From positions 32,001 to 96,000 of the IMG/VR virus record IMGVR_UViG_3300026189_001009: a stretch of DNA of 64,000 nt. One strand, written 5' to 3'. Source of the DNA: a virus. This document shows, in pieces, positions 1 to 10,090 of the stretch. A program made the translations under genes and the position numbers. The notes under the pieces are model-generated. The model did no database searches. It was not told where the DNA came from and was given only the letters and a program-made list of their open reading frames with translations. Positions within the stretch are counted from its first letter, which is position 1. Every line of letters starts with the position of its first letter.

Positions 1-2
1 AT

Positions 3-1367
3 GAACACGTCTGTCAAATAAAAAGCATAAAGCCAACGAACTGTATTCATATCGGAGTGTTAGACAAATCACATCCTGAATATGAATATTATCTAACCGA
101 CAGAGTTCATAGCAAAGTTGGTATGCGTAATGCAGTTAAAGATTTTTACAAAAGAAATCCAGATCCTGTTTTTTGTAAAGCACCATTTACTAGCATATAT
201 TATAAAGGTGGACAAAATTCAGTAGGATTTTGTTGTGCTCAAGAAGAGACAGTTGAACTAAACAAAGAAAAGTCAGATAATTTGCGTGAATGGTGGAACA
301 GTGATTACTCAAAAAACTTTAGACAACAGTTTATAGATGGCAAGTGGCCATATGAATGTAGAATATGTGAGTGGCAAGAAAATAATGATATAGATAGTGA
401 TAGGTCTGGTTTCGATCATATAGATATTGAATATATAGACAACGTAACTGGCAACGATCTAAACAAACCTATATACATAGATTACAGACCAGATAACTTA
501 TGTAATCTAATGTGTACTATGTGTTCGCCTAGTAACAGTAATCTTATTGAAAAAATTTACAAAGCCAACCCTGAAGTATTTGGAGAACAACAAGACTACA
601 GCTTTCAACAAGAAACACAAGACAAGATTCTTAAAGACAACATGATTGATAGCGATACAGCATTATTAAAAGTGCTAGGTGGGGAACCAACTATCAATAA
701 AAAAGTTCATCAAGTATTTGACTACTGTATACAAAATGATTATGCAAAAAACATAGATTTAAAAATGACAACCAATTTTACTAACTTGAACAATACATAT
801 CAAGCAATAGAAAATTTTAAATCTATAAAAATTCAAGCCAGTTGCGATGGTACTGGTCCTACATATGAGTACATTAGAAAACCAGCTCGTTGGAAAAAAA
901 TTAAAGAGAATATATTAGAATTTTCTGAAAGATATAAAGATGACAAGAGATTTAGATTTGGAATGAACTGTGTGTTCCAGCCAGTTAATGCATTTACAGT
1001 CAAAGACTGGTTACCGGAACTGTTGACTTTGTATTATGATCAAATGAAAGTGCCAATGGGTAATATGAGCATATTAGCAATTACAGGTCCGGATGGAATG
1101 ACATTTGAATCAATACCACCAAAGTTTAGAGAAATAATTATTGCTGACTTACAAGATGTGCAACAACAATTTAAAAATCATTCGAATGAACTTTTAAAAA
1201 AGAATATCACAAGCATGATTTCGTATGTCAATGATTTTCATAGCTACAAGCCTAGAAAGTTAGAAAGATTTAAAATAAAAACCAAAACATTTGATATTGC
1301 AAAGAAAACGGACATCACAACTTTGCATCCATTGTTTACCGAACTACTTAATTACAATGAAAAATAA
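3..1367 (+). CDS. Radical SAM protein with Cys-rich twitch/SPASM-like domain, 5'-truncated by the window; possibly fused to an upstream PLP-fold domain
   Basis: CNLMCTMC and GGEP motifs, plus FCKAPF..CC..CRIC. The frame is open from position 3, so the GTG at 57 need not be the start. Confidence 0.88.
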   Translation, partial: EHVCQIKSIKPTNCIHIGVLDKSHPEYEYYLTDRVHSKVGMRNAVKDFYKRNPDPVFCKAPFTSIYYKGGQNSVGFCCAQEETVELNKEKSDNLREWWNSDYSKNFRQQFIDGKWPYECRICEWQENNDIDSDRSGFDHIDIEYIDNVTGNDLNKPIYIDYRPDNLCNLMCTMCSPSNSNLIEKIYKANPEVFGEQQDYSFQQETQDKILKDNMIDSDTALLKVLGGEPTINKKVHQVFDYCIQNDYAKNIDLKMTTNFTNLNNTYQAIENFKSIKIQASCDGTGPTYEYIRKPARWKKIKENILEFSERYKDDKRFRFGMNCVFQPVNAFTVKDWLPELLTLYYDQMKVPMGNMSILAITGPDGMTFESIPPKFREIIIADLQDVQQQFKNHSNELLKKNITSMISYVNDFHSYKPRKLERFKIKTKTFDIAKKTDITTLHPLFTELLNYNEK

Positions 1368-2643
1368 TTTTTGCATATTACCGTTTATTCATTTAAGCAC
1401 TAGAACAAATGGTGCAATGCAATTGTGCTGTCATGCAAATAGTGGCAGTGGACCTGACTACAGAAAGATTGGATGTAATAGAAAAGACACAGGAGAATTA
1501 GTTTATGTTGATCAAGACAAACCATCAGAATACTGGAATACTGAATACTATAAAAATATTCGTAAAAAGTTTTTGGAAGGCAAAGCCCCTAAAGAGTGTA
1601 GGGCTTGTTATAAAGAAGAAGCGTCAGGCTACAGATCAAAAAGACAATGGGAAAATGAAGAGTGGGCAGAAAAGCTATCATTCGATGAAGTACTTGCAGG
1701 AGTAGAATCAGATGGCACGGCACCTTTTGATATCAAGTATGTAGATATGAAACTTGGTAACAAATGTGATCTAGCCTGTTTGATGTGCAATCCAGGTGAC
1801 AGCAGTTTATGGATACCAGATTACAAAAAGCTAATGGAGTCTGATATTAGCGATGAAAGTAAGAAAGTACTAGAATGGAACAAAACAGATGGAAAACTTA
1901 ATTGGTATAAATCAGATAGTGTATTTTGGGAAGATATTAAAAGTAGATTGGATACTATAAAGAACTTTTATATAATAGGAGGAGAACCAACTATCAATAA
2001 AGAGTTCAAATCATTCTTGGAAATGTGCGTCAAATCCGGCTATAGCGACCATATAAACCTCCGTTTTAATACGAACGGGCTAACGGTGTCAGATGAACTT
2101 GCAGGGCTATACAGCCGCTTTAAAACGTGTTTAATCCACCTTTCTTTAGACGGGATAGCAGAGCATTATAACTTGATTCGTTATCCAAGTAATTGGGAAG
2201 ATATGAAAGAGAAATTAAATCATTGGGATAAAGTTTCAGCTAATATTAAAGTTACAATTGATGCAACTGTAAGTGTGCTAAATGTCATGCACATTGACGA
2301 ATTGATAAGATGGAAAGTAATGCAACGATATGACAAAATCAACTGCTATCCAACTAACAATGGATTAATTGGTATGCACTTTTTACATAGCCCTAATTTT
2401 TTAAATATAACAGTATTACCTAAAGAACTTAAAAAAGAAGTTGAACAAAAAATAAGACATTTAAAAAATTGGATTGATGTAATTGGCGGCGAAGGTTATG
2501 CTAAACTTGATGCCTTGGTTAATTTTATGAACAGTAAAGACAACAGTGATCTTTGGCCACAAACTGTAAAGTATTTAGACAACATGGACAAGATAAGAAA
2601 TACTAATTGGAGATCGGTATTAACAGAATATGAAAACTATTAA
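1357..2643 (+). CDS. Radical SAM protein with N-terminal twitch-like domain
   Basis: FCILPF..CC..CRAC, CDLACLMC, GGEP. The ATG at 1357 overlaps the previous gene end and is preferred to 1291. Confidence 0.92.
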   Translation: MKNNFCILPFIHLSTRTNGAMQLCCHANSGSGPDYRKIGCNRKDTGELVYVDQDKPSEYWNTEYYKNIRKKFLEGKAPKECRACYKEEASGYRSKRQWENEEWAEKLSFDEVLAGVESDGTAPFDIKYVDMKLGNKCDLACLMCNPGDSSLWIPDYKKLMESDISDESKKVLEWNKTDGKLNWYKSDSVFWEDIKSRLDTIKNFYIIGGEPTINKEFKSFLEMCVKSGYSDHINLRFNTNGLTVSDELAGLYSRFKTCLIHLSLDGIAEHYNLIRYPSNWEDMKEKLNHWDKVSANIKVTIDATVSVLNVMHIDELIRWKVMQRYDKINCYPTNNGLIGMHFLHSPNFLNITVLPKELKKEVEQKIRHLKNWIDVIGGEGYAKLDALVNFMNSKDNSDLWPQTVKYLDNMDKIRNTNWRSVLTEYENY

Positions 2644-4129
2644 GGAAAGACACAAATACAAACCAGAAGATTTATACTATCAAAATCTTTCTGAAAAGAA
2701 TGATTCATGGTGTCCACTACCTTGGGCTCAAGTGGCTGTTCATAATTCAGGAGAATACAGAAGTTGTATACAAGCAAGAACTTGTAAAAAAACAAAAGGT
2801 ATTTTGAAAGATGATAATGACAATGTTATGAGAGCAGATACGCATTCAATTGATGATGTAAGAAATGCTCCTTTACTAAAAGATGTTAGGAAGTCTATGC
2901 TTGACGGTGAACGTCATAGTATGTGTGTTCGTTGTAACGATGAAGATGATGCTAAGATGGCCTCGAGAAGAAGAAATGCTATTAGAGAATACTATAACAA
3001 ATATAACTATGATTATTGGAAAGCTGAATCAAGCACAATGCCTGATGGTACTTTAGTTATAGATAAAGCACCTGTCTTAGAATGGGATATTAGATTAGGA
3101 AACCTTTGCAATATAAAATGTAGAATGTGCCATCCTAGTGAAAGTACACAGTGGTACAATGAATGGTTTGACACAATGTTTCAAGGATTTAAAACTGATT
3201 TTACAAGAGTAGAACTGTTCAAAGACAAAAACAAAGTTAAACTAAAAAATGACATATACCAATGGAATGACATACCTTATTTCTTTGATCAATTTGACGG
3301 TTCAGCTTCGGGTACAAAAAAAATATACTTTTCCGGAGGAGAGCCAACACTAGTAGAAAATATGTATACTATGTTACAAAAATTAATTGATGCCGGCATA
3401 TCAAAAGATATGGAACTAGAGTATAACATCAATCTAACCAACATACCCAGAAAAGCAATTGAGCTATGGCACGAATTCAAAAGTGTACAAATTGGTGGAA
3501 GTATTGATGGCATTGGTGAAACTAACGATTTTATTAGATATCCTGCAAAATGGAAAAAGATTCAAGAGAATATAGAATGGCTTGATGTTAATACCAAACC
3601 GAATATTAATATGTTTAATACATTTACATGGCAAATATTAAATGCAACTCAAGTATTTGATCTAGTTAAGTGGCAAATAGAAAACAATTTTGTTAAGTTT
3701 AATAGAACTGTTAACAGTGTTTTCTTTAGTATGCATTTTTTACACTCTCCATCATACTTAAATGTTAAAGCATTACCAAAAGAATTAAAAGAACACGTAC
3801 AACAAGAGTTTGAAAAGTTTGATAACGAATGGTTTAAACCTTGGATAGCAAAAGCTGGCAAGAATTATAGGTTGAAAAATCAATCATATCAGTTTAGTAT
3901 TGATGAATGGAACAAAGGACAGTTATGGGATGATGATCCACATGAATACTATTTAAAATTTAAAGACAAAATGGAATCTATGTTAAAGTTTATGTGGAGT
4001 GAAGATTTATCACATGATTTTAACACATTTATTGAGATAACAACTAAACAAAACGAGTATAGAAAACAAACAGCAATGTTTGAACGATTATATCCGGAAA
4101 TAAGTACATATATAAGAAGGAACAAATAA
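2630..4129 (+). CDS. Radical SAM protein with N-terminal twitch-like domain
   Basis: WCPLPW, CVRC, CNIKCRMC, GGEP, RYPAKW. Confidence 0.92.
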   Translation: MKTIKERHKYKPEDLYYQNLSEKNDSWCPLPWAQVAVHNSGEYRSCIQARTCKKTKGILKDDNDNVMRADTHSIDDVRNAPLLKDVRKSMLDGERHSMCVRCNDEDDAKMASRRRNAIREYYNKYNYDYWKAESSTMPDGTLVIDKAPVLEWDIRLGNLCNIKCRMCHPSESTQWYNEWFDTMFQGFKTDFTRVELFKDKNKVKLKNDIYQWNDIPYFFDQFDGSASGTKKIYFSGGEPTLVENMYTMLQKLIDAGISKDMELEYNINLTNIPRKAIELWHEFKSVQIGGSIDGIGETNDFIRYPAKWKKIQENIEWLDVNTKPNINMFNTFTWQILNATQVFDLVKWQIENNFVKFNRTVNSVFFSMHFLHSPSYLNVKALPKELKEHVQQEFEKFDNEWFKPWIAKAGKNYRLKNQSYQFSIDEWNKGQLWDDDPHEYYLKFKDKMESMLKFMWSEDLSHDFNTFIEITTKQNEYRKQTAMFERLYPEISTYIRRNK

Positions 4130-4130
4130 T

Positions 4131-5876
4131 ATGCAACCAAATGATTTATACGATTGGGTACCAGATAAAGGCGATAGAGCACCAAATCATAAAGATATAC
4201 AGCTTTGGAGAGACGAAAAAGGTCGCACTATGTTTGAGTATGGCAGAGTTGATAGACTAGAACTAGAATTTAACAACACTTGCTTTTTATATTGTGGAGG
4301 ATGTGGTAGAACATTCAATCCAAAGATTGAAGCGGCAGGAAAACGAATTATTTCGTTAGAAGATATTAAAAGATTCTTTCCACCGGAGTTTTGTAAACAG
4401 CTAAGATGGTTTTTAAGTTGTGGTAACTACGGAGAACCAGCCGCACACCCAGAAGCATTAGAAATTCTTAGATGGTTTAGAGACAACGGAACTAAAAATG
4501 TTTCATTTAGTTCAAATGGTAGTTCTAGAGATCCTGCATTTTGGAAAGAAGCCGCTGAAATTATTAATGGACCGGGCGGATCTAGAGATAATATTCAAAA
4601 CTACTATGGCGGTAGAGTTACTTTTAGTATTGATGGCTTAGAAGACACTAATCATTTATATCGTATTGGTGCAAAATGGGATAAGTTAATGGCAAATACA
4701 GAAGCATTTATCAATGCTGGCGGTAGAGCAAGATGGCAGTTTATTACATTCAATCATAACTCACATCAATTGCAAAAAGCTAAAGACATGGCTAAAGAAC
4801 TTGGGTTCAGTGAGTTTATTGAGAAGATGAGTTTTAGATTTATACCAGTACGTTTAGGTAAACGTCATGCAGAGCAATTGGCCGACGAGGCGGAAATGGC
4901 AATGATCAAAGAAAAAGAAGCCAGAGTAAGAGCTGAAAAAAATGATCTGCTTGATCCTAGTTCTGGTAGAGTTAAACACAAACAAGAAGAATTAGAAACT
5001 GAACACAAAATGGTTAAAAAAATGGGTGGCGTAACTGAACACGTAATCAACATTGATGAAGAAAGAAAGAACAGACATCCTGACAGAGAAATGTTAGCGG
5101 CACAAAGAGCTAAAGGTACCAAAGGTGTAAAAGGTGTTGACCATTTTTCACAAAAGCATAAAATTGTTTGTCAAAATAGAACAGAACCAAGAATTTATGT
5201 TAGCTTTGATGGTAAGGTTTGGCCTTGCAACTGGTTAGGTGGTATAGAATACTATGAAAGAGATAAAAATCCTTACAAGCAACACTGGCCAATACCTAGT
5301 ATGGTACACCATGGTCCTGAAAACGGTGTGCCTATGGACTTCAATAGTTTGTATGCACAAGATCCAAATGATCCAAGTCCAGTTAAAACAATATTAGAAA
5401 GTCCATGGTACAGTCATTTACTTGAAGAAGACTGGCAAAGATCAGATGATCCTAACGGATCTTTACAACCAGCCAAGTGCAAACAGATGTGTCATACAGA
5501 ATTAGGTACAGGTATATTTGAAAAGATGCGTAGAAACGAACAAAATTTAAAGACTGGCGAGTATAGTGATGTAGCTAAAACACATGGACTGACACCACCA
5601 CAAGGTGGATCAGGATTTGGTCCAGGCTCAGCTATGGAAGTTGATGAAAGCAAAATGTTTAAAGTTGAGGACATTGTTGCAAATGAAAATTATGATACAA
5701 ACGAAGAAGGTAAAATTATTGATGAAGATGATGTTAGATTTTACAAATATTATAAAGAAGTAGCGCCTGGAAAGTTTGTTACAACTAGGGTTGATGATGA
5801 AAGAGGCTATAAAAATTTTGAGAAACATACTCTAGAGAATCACGAGCACAGGCATGATCACGACAAAGATGACTAA
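4131..5876 (+). CDS. Radical SAM protein with C-terminal SPASM/twitch-like domain and His-rich tail
   Basis: CFLYCGGC, GNYGEP, FSIDG, DGKVWPC, CKQMC. Confidence 0.9.
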   Translation: MQPNDLYDWVPDKGDRAPNHKDIQLWRDEKGRTMFEYGRVDRLELEFNNTCFLYCGGCGRTFNPKIEAAGKRIISLEDIKRFFPPEFCKQLRWFLSCGNYGEPAAHPEALEILRWFRDNGTKNVSFSSNGSSRDPAFWKEAAEIINGPGGSRDNIQNYYGGRVTFSIDGLEDTNHLYRIGAKWDKLMANTEAFINAGGRARWQFITFNHNSHQLQKAKDMAKELGFSEFIEKMSFRFIPVRLGKRHAEQLADEAEMAMIKEKEARVRAEKNDLLDPSSGRVKHKQEELETEHKMVKKMGGVTEHVINIDEERKNRHPDREMLAAQRAKGTKGVKGVDHFSQKHKIVCQNRTEPRIYVSFDGKVWPCNWLGGIEYYERDKNPYKQHWPIPSMVHHGPENGVPMDFNSLYAQDPNDPSPVKTILESPWYSHLLEEDWQRSDDPNGSLQPAKCKQMCHTELGTGIFEKMRRNEQNLKTGEYSDVAKTHGLTPPQGGSGFGPGSAMEVDESKMFKVEDIVANENYDTNEEGKIIDEDDVRFYKYYKEVAPGKFVTTRVDDERGYKNFEKHTLENHEHRHDHDKDD

Positions 5877-6964
5877 TGAAGAAAGACAGAATCATATATC
5901 CAAAGTGCATGGACAAGACAAAACCCAAGGCAACGTATATTACACATGATGGTTATGTAAGGCCTTGTTGTTTTTTACATAGGCACAATGCCGTTGAAGG
6001 CGATGAAAGATGGCTTAATGATGATAAGCACAACTTACATTCCGGAAAGTCTATGAAAGAAATATTTGAAACAGAAGAATATATAGATTTTTTTGAAAGA
6101 TTGCGAACTGGTAAAAATATTCCAGAAAGATGTATTGATGTATGTAAGAATTCTAAAAGAAGCTTTAATGTTGTAGGTGGTTCAAACGATACACGTAAAG
6201 AAAGAAAAATTGAAGGACTAGAACAGTATCAAGCATTTCATGATACAAGTGACCACTATGAAGATGAATATAGTGTAAAACATAAAATACAAATCGATGC
6301 TACTCATAGGTGTAGTTTATCGTGTTCAAAATGCAACAGATTTATTAAAGACTTTAAAGATCACTATACTGGTAAGAAACATAAATTGGGTCATCATGTT
6401 CTTTTAAAAGATGAAGTTTCAGTTGAACACTTTACAATGATTATAAAAGAAGTAAGAGCAGTTGCTGACCGTATAGGAAAGCATATACCTGATGTAGATT
6501 TTTGTGGTACTTGGAGTGACGCCATTTATCACCCAGACTTTATTGAGCTTGTCGAGGTAGCAAAGAAACATGACTTCGCAGTTTCGATTGCAACGAACGG
6601 TTCTCGGAAAAAAGACAGTTGGTGGGACAAACTATATTCATTGCTTGATCCTAAGTATGACAGTGTTGTATTTGGAATGGATGGCCTTAAAGACACAGCA
6701 CACATATATCGTAAAAATATTAAATTCGATGATGTTGTATATGCAATGGGCAAAGGTGGCGAACTTGGATTTAGTAAAAACAAATGGCAGTTTATAGTTT
6801 TTAACTTCAATGAGCATCAAGTCAATGAAGCGATACAATTATCAAAACAGCTTGGAATAAAATTTGAAACAATTAAGTCAGCGAGATGGTCAGGACCTGA
6901 CGATCCTTTAATGCCGTCGAAAGCATGGTTACCACAAAGTGTAATAGAGGAATATAATTTGTAA
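5876..6964 (+). CDS. Radical SAM protein with the SPASM/twitch-like domain placed N-terminally
   Basis: DGYVRPCC..CIDVC precedes CSLSCSKC; FGMDG; WQFIVF. Confidence 0.88.
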   Translation: MKKDRIIYPKCMDKTKPKATYITHDGYVRPCCFLHRHNAVEGDERWLNDDKHNLHSGKSMKEIFETEEYIDFFERLRTGKNIPERCIDVCKNSKRSFNVVGGSNDTRKERKIEGLEQYQAFHDTSDHYEDEYSVKHKIQIDATHRCSLSCSKCNRFIKDFKDHYTGKKHKLGHHVLLKDEVSVEHFTMIIKEVRAVADRIGKHIPDVDFCGTWSDAIYHPDFIELVEVAKKHDFAVSIATNGSRKKDSWWDKLYSLLDPKYDSVVFGMDGLKDTAHIYRKNIKFDDVVYAMGKGGELGFSKNKWQFIVFNFNEHQVNEAIQLSKQLGIKFETIKSARWSGPDDPLMPSKAWLPQSVIEEYNL

Positions 6965-8052
6965 TGTTTAAAACACAAGACATCGATGAAATTATGATTG
7001 AGATTACAAGTAATTGTAATGCTATGTGTTTGGACTGTGGCAGAAACCTTGACGGAGTAAAATTAAATCCAAATTTAAAATTTGGCCATGCAGGTAATAT
7101 GAAACTAGAAGCATTTAAAAAAGTATTTGATCCAGCAGTTTTGCCTAAACTTGGCAAAATACATTTTGATGGAAACTTTGGTGATAGCATGATACACCCT
7201 CAAAGCATGGAGTTCATCAAACACATGGCAGAAAACTTTCCTGGAATAGAATTAGAAATTAATACCAATGGTGGTTATCATAGTACTGATTGGTGGAAAG
7301 AACTCGGCGAAGTAACATCTAAAGCATTTAATGAAGAAACTGAAATTAAGTTTGGTATTGATGGTATTGATAATGAAACACATGACAAGTATAGAAGAAA
7401 TGTTAAGTTTGATAAGATTATAGAAAATGCCAAAGCATTTATTGACGCAGGCGGAAAAGCATCATGGAAATTTTTGGAATTCGATCATAATCATCATCAA
7501 CGTGATGAGGCAGAAAAACTTGCTAAAAAATTAGGCTTTAATAAATTTCGTGTTAAAAAAACGAGATGGAGAGAAAAAGCCATAAGAAAAGCAACTGGCG
7601 AAGAACAATTTATATTTGGTAATGCTAGTAAAAAACATAGCAAAGAAAAATATGGTGGTATTCCAGATACACAACAAGCATACGTAGATAAAGTCAAAGA
7701 GCAGTTAAAACAGTTTAAAGATTTTACAAATGAATGTAAAATAGAATGTCCATGGTTACAAAGACTAAGATTGCAAATTGAATATGATGGTAGGGTATGG
7801 CAATGCTGTCATTTAAGTGGTAGATATGGTAGTGGTACAGGTTTTGCTAACGAGCAGTATCAGTATTATATTGATAAGCATGGAACTGAATGGAACAATA
7901 TTAATAACAACGATCTTGAAACTATACTAAATCATCCATATTGGGATGACCTACATAATAGTTTTGACAACAAAACAACAGATAAAAACAATCCAAGAAT
8001 AGTTAGATGTGCTGAAAAGTGCGGTCAAGGATTAGAAGAGTTAACAAATTAA
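6964..8052 (+). CDS. Radical SAM protein with C-terminal SPASM/twitch-like domain
   Basis: CNAMCLDC, GNFGD, FGIDG, DGRVWQCC, CAEKC. Confidence 0.92.
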   Translation: MFKTQDIDEIMIEITSNCNAMCLDCGRNLDGVKLNPNLKFGHAGNMKLEAFKKVFDPAVLPKLGKIHFDGNFGDSMIHPQSMEFIKHMAENFPGIELEINTNGGYHSTDWWKELGEVTSKAFNEETEIKFGIDGIDNETHDKYRRNVKFDKIIENAKAFIDAGGKASWKFLEFDHNHHQRDEAEKLAKKLGFNKFRVKKTRWREKAIRKATGEEQFIFGNASKKHSKEKYGGIPDTQQAYVDKVKEQLKQFKDFTNECKIECPWLQRLRLQIEYDGRVWQCCHLSGRYGSGTGFANEQYQYYIDKHGTEWNNINNNDLETILNHPYWDDLHNSFDNKTTDKNNPRIVRCAEKCGQGLEELTN

Positions 8053-8053
8053 T

Positions 8054-9364
8054 ATGTCAGATACATTTTGCCCAATACCTTGGATATTTCAAGCAGTAAG
8101 AAACAATGGTGACGTTCGTATATGCTGTCAAGCAAACGTAACTAAGAACCAAGGTGTAGTCAGACACCCAGATGGAACTTCTTACAATGCTGGTAAAGAT
8201 AACATGGCAGATGCCAGAACAGCAGATTTTATGAATGTTGTACGTAAGAATATGTTAGAAGGTCGTTGGAGTGAAGAATGTGGTAGATGTAAAAGTGAAG
8301 AAGACTCAGGGCTAACAAGTAGAAGACAATATGAACAGCACTGGAACTTTAAACTAGAAGATGCAATTAAAGTTACTAACACTGATGGATCGATTAACAC
8401 TAATGACGTACCTTTGGTATATTACGATTTACGTTTTGGTAATCTTTGTAACTTAAAATGTAGAATGTGTGGTCCAACTGACAGTCACAGTTGGTATGAA
8501 GATTGGTTGCAACTGTATGGTGGTGATGGATTTAAAGACACACACGGTTACGTTAAATTACAAAAAAATAAAAAAGGTAGATTAAGCACTACTGATTACG
8601 ACTGGCATACCAGTGAAAAGTTTTGGGATCATATTGAATCAAATATTCCTAGCATGGAACACGTTTATATGGCAGGCGGCGAACCACTTATGATTGAAAG
8701 ACATTATGACTTTTTACAAAAGTGTGTTGATATGGGTCAAGCAGAAAAGATGAGTATCGAATATAATACTAACATGACAACTTTACAACCTAGGGTAATA
8801 GAATTATGGAAACATTTTAAATCAGTTATAATAGGTGCAAGTGTTGATGGTTATGGTCCTGTTGTAGAATATCAAAGATACCCAGCGAAGTGGTCGATGA
8901 TTAATAAAAATTTACAACAGATCGATGAGCTAGGACCAAATATTAGAGCTTGGTTGGCTTGTACAGTTACTACTTTAAATGTATTTCATATACCAGAATT
9001 CATGAAATGGAAACTACAAGAAAGCAACTTTAAAAAAATAAACTCAAGTAAAAAGAATCCTATTCTAACAATACACGTTGCACACTCACCAGCAACAGCC
9101 TGTATACAATCAATGCCTTTGGAAATGAAACAATTAGTTAAAGAAAAATATGATGACTTTAAAGATTGGTTAATCAACGAAGACTTGCCTGAACACGTAG
9201 TACAATCAGGTCTAAAAATAATCAATGATATAGTTACTTTTATGATGAAAGAGGATCGTTCAGAAAAGTGGGATTGGTTTTGTGAGTACACTAGACAGAT
9301 AGATAAGTTAAGAAATCAAAATATATTAGATGTAGTTCCAGAATATAAAAAATATTTTGATTGA
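8054..9364 (+). CDS. Radical SAM protein with N-terminal twitch-like domain
   Basis: FCPIPW, CC, CGRC, CNLKCRMC, GGEP. Confidence 0.92.
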   Translation: MSDTFCPIPWIFQAVRNNGDVRICCQANVTKNQGVVRHPDGTSYNAGKDNMADARTADFMNVVRKNMLEGRWSEECGRCKSEEDSGLTSRRQYEQHWNFKLEDAIKVTNTDGSINTNDVPLVYYDLRFGNLCNLKCRMCGPTDSHSWYEDWLQLYGGDGFKDTHGYVKLQKNKKGRLSTTDYDWHTSEKFWDHIESNIPSMEHVYMAGGEPLMIERHYDFLQKCVDMGQAEKMSIEYNTNMTTLQPRVIELWKHFKSVIIGASVDGYGPVVEYQRYPAKWSMINKNLQQIDELGPNIRAWLACTVTTLNVFHIPEFMKWKLQESNFKKINSSKKNPILTIHVAHSPATACIQSMPLEMKQLVKEKYDDFKDWLINEDLPEHVVQSGLKIINDIVTFMMKEDRSEKWDWFCEYTRQIDKLRNQNILDVVPEYKKYFD

Positions 9365-9388
9365 TTTATTTAAAAAAGTGTGTATAAT
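9361..9388 (+). promoter_or_regulatory. Sigma70-like promoter for tRNA-Glu and downstream genes
   Basis: TTGATT-16nt-TATAAT just upstream of the tRNA. Confidence 0.6.
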
Positions 9389-9397
9389 AAAAACTGT

Positions 9398-9472
9398 GGT
9401 CCCTTCGTCTATCGGTTAGGACAGCGGTTTTTCATACCGCAAAGAGGAGTTCGATTCTCCTAGGGACTACCA
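9398..9472 (+). tRNA. tRNA-Glu(TTC)
   Basis: Acceptor GGTCCCT/AGGGACT, anticodon arm GCGGT-TTTTCAT-ACCGC, TTCGA loop, encoded CCA. Confidence 0.95.
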
Positions 9473-9502
9473 AATTTGAAACAGAACTCAGGAGGAAAAT
9501 GA

Positions 9503-10078
9503 GTGTACAACAAAATTGCAGTATTAGTGGCTTTGCCAGAAGAACTAAAAGGGATAGCAAATACTTTCTATACAAATGTAGGCAAAGTAAATGCAACAAT
9601 GAAAACCTTACAAGTAATAAACGAATTTAACCCAGATATGATAATTAACTATGGAACAGCAGGCACAGTAAACAACAAGCATAGTGGACTAGTTGAAGTT
9701 GATGTGATCGTACAACGTGATATGATAACAGAACCACAAGCACCGAGAGGTGTTACTCCATTTGAAAAAGACAATACTGCCGGACCTATAATGTTAAACA
9801 CAGGAACAAATATTACACTTGGAACGGGAGATAGCTTTGTACAAGAACATGATCCATGGTTTGAATATGCTAATATTGACATAGTTGATATGGAAGCATA
9901 TGGAATAGCTAAGGTTTGTCAATTGAACAACACGCCTTTCAAATGTTTCAAATATGTTACAGACTTTGCAGATAAGAATGCAATGGAAAATTGGACAGAA
10001 AATGTTAGTAACGGCCAACAAGCATTTACTGAAAAGTTTAATCAGTATGATGCTCAAATGGAATTATTTGAGTTATAA
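9503..10078 (+). CDS. mtnN: 5'-methylthioadenosine/S-adenosylhomocysteine nucleosidase (PNP/UDP family)
   Basis: GKVNA, NYGTAG, TGDSF, VDMEAY, YVTDFAD; GGAGG RBS before the GTG. Confidence 0.85.
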   Translation: MYNKIAVLVALPEELKGIANTFYTNVGKVNATMKTLQVINEFNPDMIINYGTAGTVNNKHSGLVEVDVIVQRDMITEPQAPRGVTPFEKDNTAGPIMLNTGTNITLGTGDSFVQEHDPWFEYANIDIVDMEAYGIAKVCQLNNTPFKCFKYVTDFADKNAMENWTENVSNGQQAFTEKFNQYDAQMELFEL

Positions 10079-10090
10079 CGAAAGAGAGAT

